In this document: positions 33,898 to 36,118 of the stretch, piece after piece
Numbering within the stretch: position 1 is the first letter of the stretch
Layout: every line of letters starts with the position of its first letter
Origin: Nemertoderma westbladi
Taxonomy: Eukaryota > Animalia > Xenacoelomorpha
DNA: 36,118 bases
Direction of reading: 5' to 3'
NCBI GenBank assembly: GCA_032718475.1
Contig: JAUCBJ010002256.1
Span: 1-36,118, forward strand
Program-made: the position numbers and the translations under genes
The notes under the pieces: generated by a model
Databases searched by the model: none
Seen by the model: the letters and a program-made list of their open reading frames with translations, nothing else
What the model was told of the DNA's origin: nothing

Positions 33898-36072
33898 ATG
33901 AGTTCCGTTGCTGATAAGCTGCGAGACACTCGGAAAGGACAGTTGATTTACGATCCTTTGGGCGAACGAGAGTTTTTGTGCGGCCTCAATTCGTTATCAT
34001 TGTTATCATCTCCGCTAATTAATGAACGTTTATTGGAACGAATCGGAGGTAATCCAGCTAGTCCAATATTTACAGCAGAATCCTCAGACACACCTGAGAG
34101 GATACGTTCCAGGCGAATACTTTCATCGCATCCTTCTATACATTCACCGGTAAGTCAATGTTCTACACAATCGCGAGGATGTGAGGCTGGTAAAGTCATT
34201 AATATTAGCAGGCGGGAAGTAAATCAACGTAGGTTACTAACGCCTAAGATATCGGAGTTAGAACAGTTTATTTCGAAGTCAACAATCGATTCGGGGCGAA
34301 TTACCATGGATATAAAGGCGATGGAGGAAGCCGCTGCTAATCGTGTGAGTGAAGCGGTTTCTGCAAAGAAGGAGGCGATGCAAAATCATTTCGTAAAACT
34401 AACAGAAGAATCATCTAGAAAACACAATAAGTTTTTACTCGAACAGCAACTGCAGAGGCAAAGAGAATTCATTGAAATGAATGATTCATTGGAGGCGAGC
34501 AGGAATTATAAAAGCGAAGAATTTATTAAGTTGAAAGCCGAGCGGGAGAAGAGAAGTAAACAGTTGGCTCAACTTGTGGAGGAGAAATCGAAGGAGGAAC
34601 AACTATACCGTGACAGTATCAAACGATTGAACGAGTTAATCGATGTCATTAATAAGGAAACTATCGAGTTCCGATTGTTTGTTGATGATTTCCCTTATAA
34701 GGACAGGTTGCCAGATGATGTGATAGCGAGCGACTTCACTGAGGTTAAAGAAACCCTGAGACTCATCGCTAGCGGCTGTAGAGCCTCTGGGAAGATCCAC
34801 GGAAAACAGATGGAAGAGGCGGAGGGCATTGGGGAGCGGACTAGAGTTAATATAGAGAGATTGATGGAGGCAGCTGTAAAGGTGGGGGAGGAGGTGAGAG
34901 CAGAGGAGGTTGCTGGGAGGAGAGCAGTGGAGGAGAGGGTGGGGGATAGCGGGAATGGGAGGAACGTGGAGGAGCTGGTTGAGATAACAAGTGAAGAAGA
35001 TAATAGAGAGTTAGGCCTAGTGAAAGATGGTGATATAACCTCTGTTGAGAAGGAAGTGAGAGAAATTTCCACTATGGACGATGGCGGAATGGAAAGTGAA
35101 AGTAAATCGAGTAGGTCGGTTGTTGTGGAAGATAATTTAAAGGTTTACACGAGGCATGTGGTTTGGTTGAAACAGTTCCGGGACAATATCTCCATCTTCT
35201 CCAACGATAAATCCACGGAGTCGATAAAACGACTGCGATTTGCGTTGCAGCGCTGCGTGAACTCTCCGGTGAACGCGATCAGTCCTGCGAGCGGGATCCA
35301 TCTACGGGATAAACTGGAGCGACTGTTGCGACTGCTGGGCCGGGGCAGTGTGGAGGTCGGGGATCGTTTCGTGTCCGTCGGGGACCACTCAATGGGATTC
35401 GATTTCGTCGCTGATCTTCTCGCAAATAAACTCGTCAAACAAGGCGAATCGGATAACACGAACCCCGCCTCGCTATTCGCTGTTGCCATAGTGATAGTGG
35501 GCGTGTGGGCGAGCTTCCCATTGGTCGGGCAACTCATTCGCTGCTACTTCTTCGAGCGTTGTCCCTTCCTCGTTCCGCATTGCGTTAAACGCGGTAATCT
35601 AACCGAGGAGGAACACAAGCTGTTGCTAGGTTACCACGTGGTAGACCAGGAACTCGAGTCCCCCGACATGTACGTGAGGCGGGTCTCCGGTTTAGTGCGA
35701 CTCTACGCCGCGGTGCTGCAGTCCTTGCCGCCTCCCGGGATTGTCCGTGGGGATCACGTTCCCGGGGTGGCCGACGCTTGGGTTCTCCTGTGCTCCGTAG
35801 TGAACCGAGGTCCCGATCCCGCCGTCACTGCGACCCTCATCTACGAGCTTCTATCTGTTCTGGGCCCCGCCCTACATACTCTGTACAGGCGGCAGTTCGT
35901 CCGACTCCTGCACTGCATTCGATGGGATTATATACCTAGTATCGAGAGGGTTACCTGTAAGGGGCAGTGGGGACCCGTGGTGCGATTGAGAGACTTCCTG
36001 GACTCTGCTATACAGTCTGGGTCCATCCCGGTTCCGGATGGTTTATTAAAACCTCAATTTTGGTCGACATAA
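33898..36072 (+). CDS. GLE1: mRNA export factor / nucleoporin GLE1 (724 aa, single coding exon)
   Basis: N-terminal KGQLIYD, central coiled coil, and C-terminal GLE1-domain motifs (PVNAIS, KLVKQGE, CPFLVP, LGY, RVSGLVRLYAAV, VTATLI, YRRQF, IPVPDGLL..FW). Upstream ttttatag suggests a 5'-UTR intron. Confidence 0.92.
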   Translation: MSSVADKLRDTRKGQLIYDPLGEREFLCGLNSLSLLSSPLINERLLERIGGNPASPIFTAESSDTPERIRSRRILSSHPSIHSPVSQCSTQSRGCEAGKVINISRREVNQRRLLTPKISELEQFISKSTIDSGRITMDIKAMEEAAANRVSEAVSAKKEAMQNHFVKLTEESSRKHNKFLLEQQLQRQREFIEMNDSLEASRNYKSEEFIKLKAEREKRSKQLAQLVEEKSKEEQLYRDSIKRLNELIDVINKETIEFRLFVDDFPYKDRLPDDVIASDFTEVKETLRLIASGCRASGKIHGKQMEEAEGIGERTRVNIERLMEAAVKVGEEVRAEEVAGRRAVEERVGDSGNGRNVEELVEITSEEDNRELGLVKDGDITSVEKEVREISTMDDGGMESESKSSRSVVVEDNLKVYTRHVVWLKQFRDNISIFSNDKSTESIKRLRFALQRCVNSPVNAISPASGIHLRDKLERLLRLLGRGSVEVGDRFVSVGDHSMGFDFVADLLANKLVKQGESDNTNPASLFAVAIVIVGVWASFPLVGQLIRCYFFERCPFLVPHCVKRGNLTEEEHKLLLGYHVVDQELESPDMYVRRVSGLVRLYAAVLQSLPPPGIVRGDHVPGVADAWVLLCSVVNRGPDPAVTATLIYELLSVLGPALHTLYRRQFVRLLHCIRWDYIPSIERVTCKGQWGPVVRLRDFLDSAIQSGSIPVPDGLLKPQFWST

Positions 36073-36102
36073 ACTAAGTTACCTAGTTATTGTATTTAGT
36101 GC

Positions 36103-36108
36103 AATAAA
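36103..36108 (+). promoter_or_regulatory. Candidate polyadenylation signal for GLE1
   Basis: AATAAA about 30 nt after the stop codon. Confidence 0.5.
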
Positions 36109-36118
36109 TATCAAAGAT

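Noticed and set aside
34695-35537. Minus-strand ORFs of 125 and 130 aa
   Set aside because: Antisense shadows of GLE1.

Overview
AT-rich eukaryotic (invertebrate animal-like) genomic DNA with GT-AG introns. It is not prokaryotic and has no CRISPR array. From left to right: (1) a complete-looking 4.9-kb Sola1-type DNA transposon (588-5511; perfect 28-bp TIRs, ATGT target-site duplication, one uninterrupted DDD transposase ORF carrying about 29 in-frame 10-aa repeats); (2) 25-, 40/33/27- and 50-bp minisatellite arrays, the first two apparently filling introns between putative micro-exons of an unidentified + strand gene; (3) RTE and L2 LINE relics; (4) a cluster of five non-autonomous rolling-circle (Helentron/HINE-like) elements at 18687-24400, four of them joined head-to-tail, plus a solo copy at 32223-33255, whose 5' motif and 3' sub-terminal inverted repeat co-vary between subfamilies; (5) a four-exon AMN1 homolog on the minus strand with a 73-bp satellite and a tRNA-derived SINE in its introns; (6) a foldback/palindrome-rich intergenic region; (7) a GLE1 gene with an intronless coding sequence. 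The most unusual structures are the rolling-circle element train with co-varying termini and shuffled internal modules, and the repeat-expanded but intact Sola1 transposase. All family calls come from motif recognition by eye; no database search was run.
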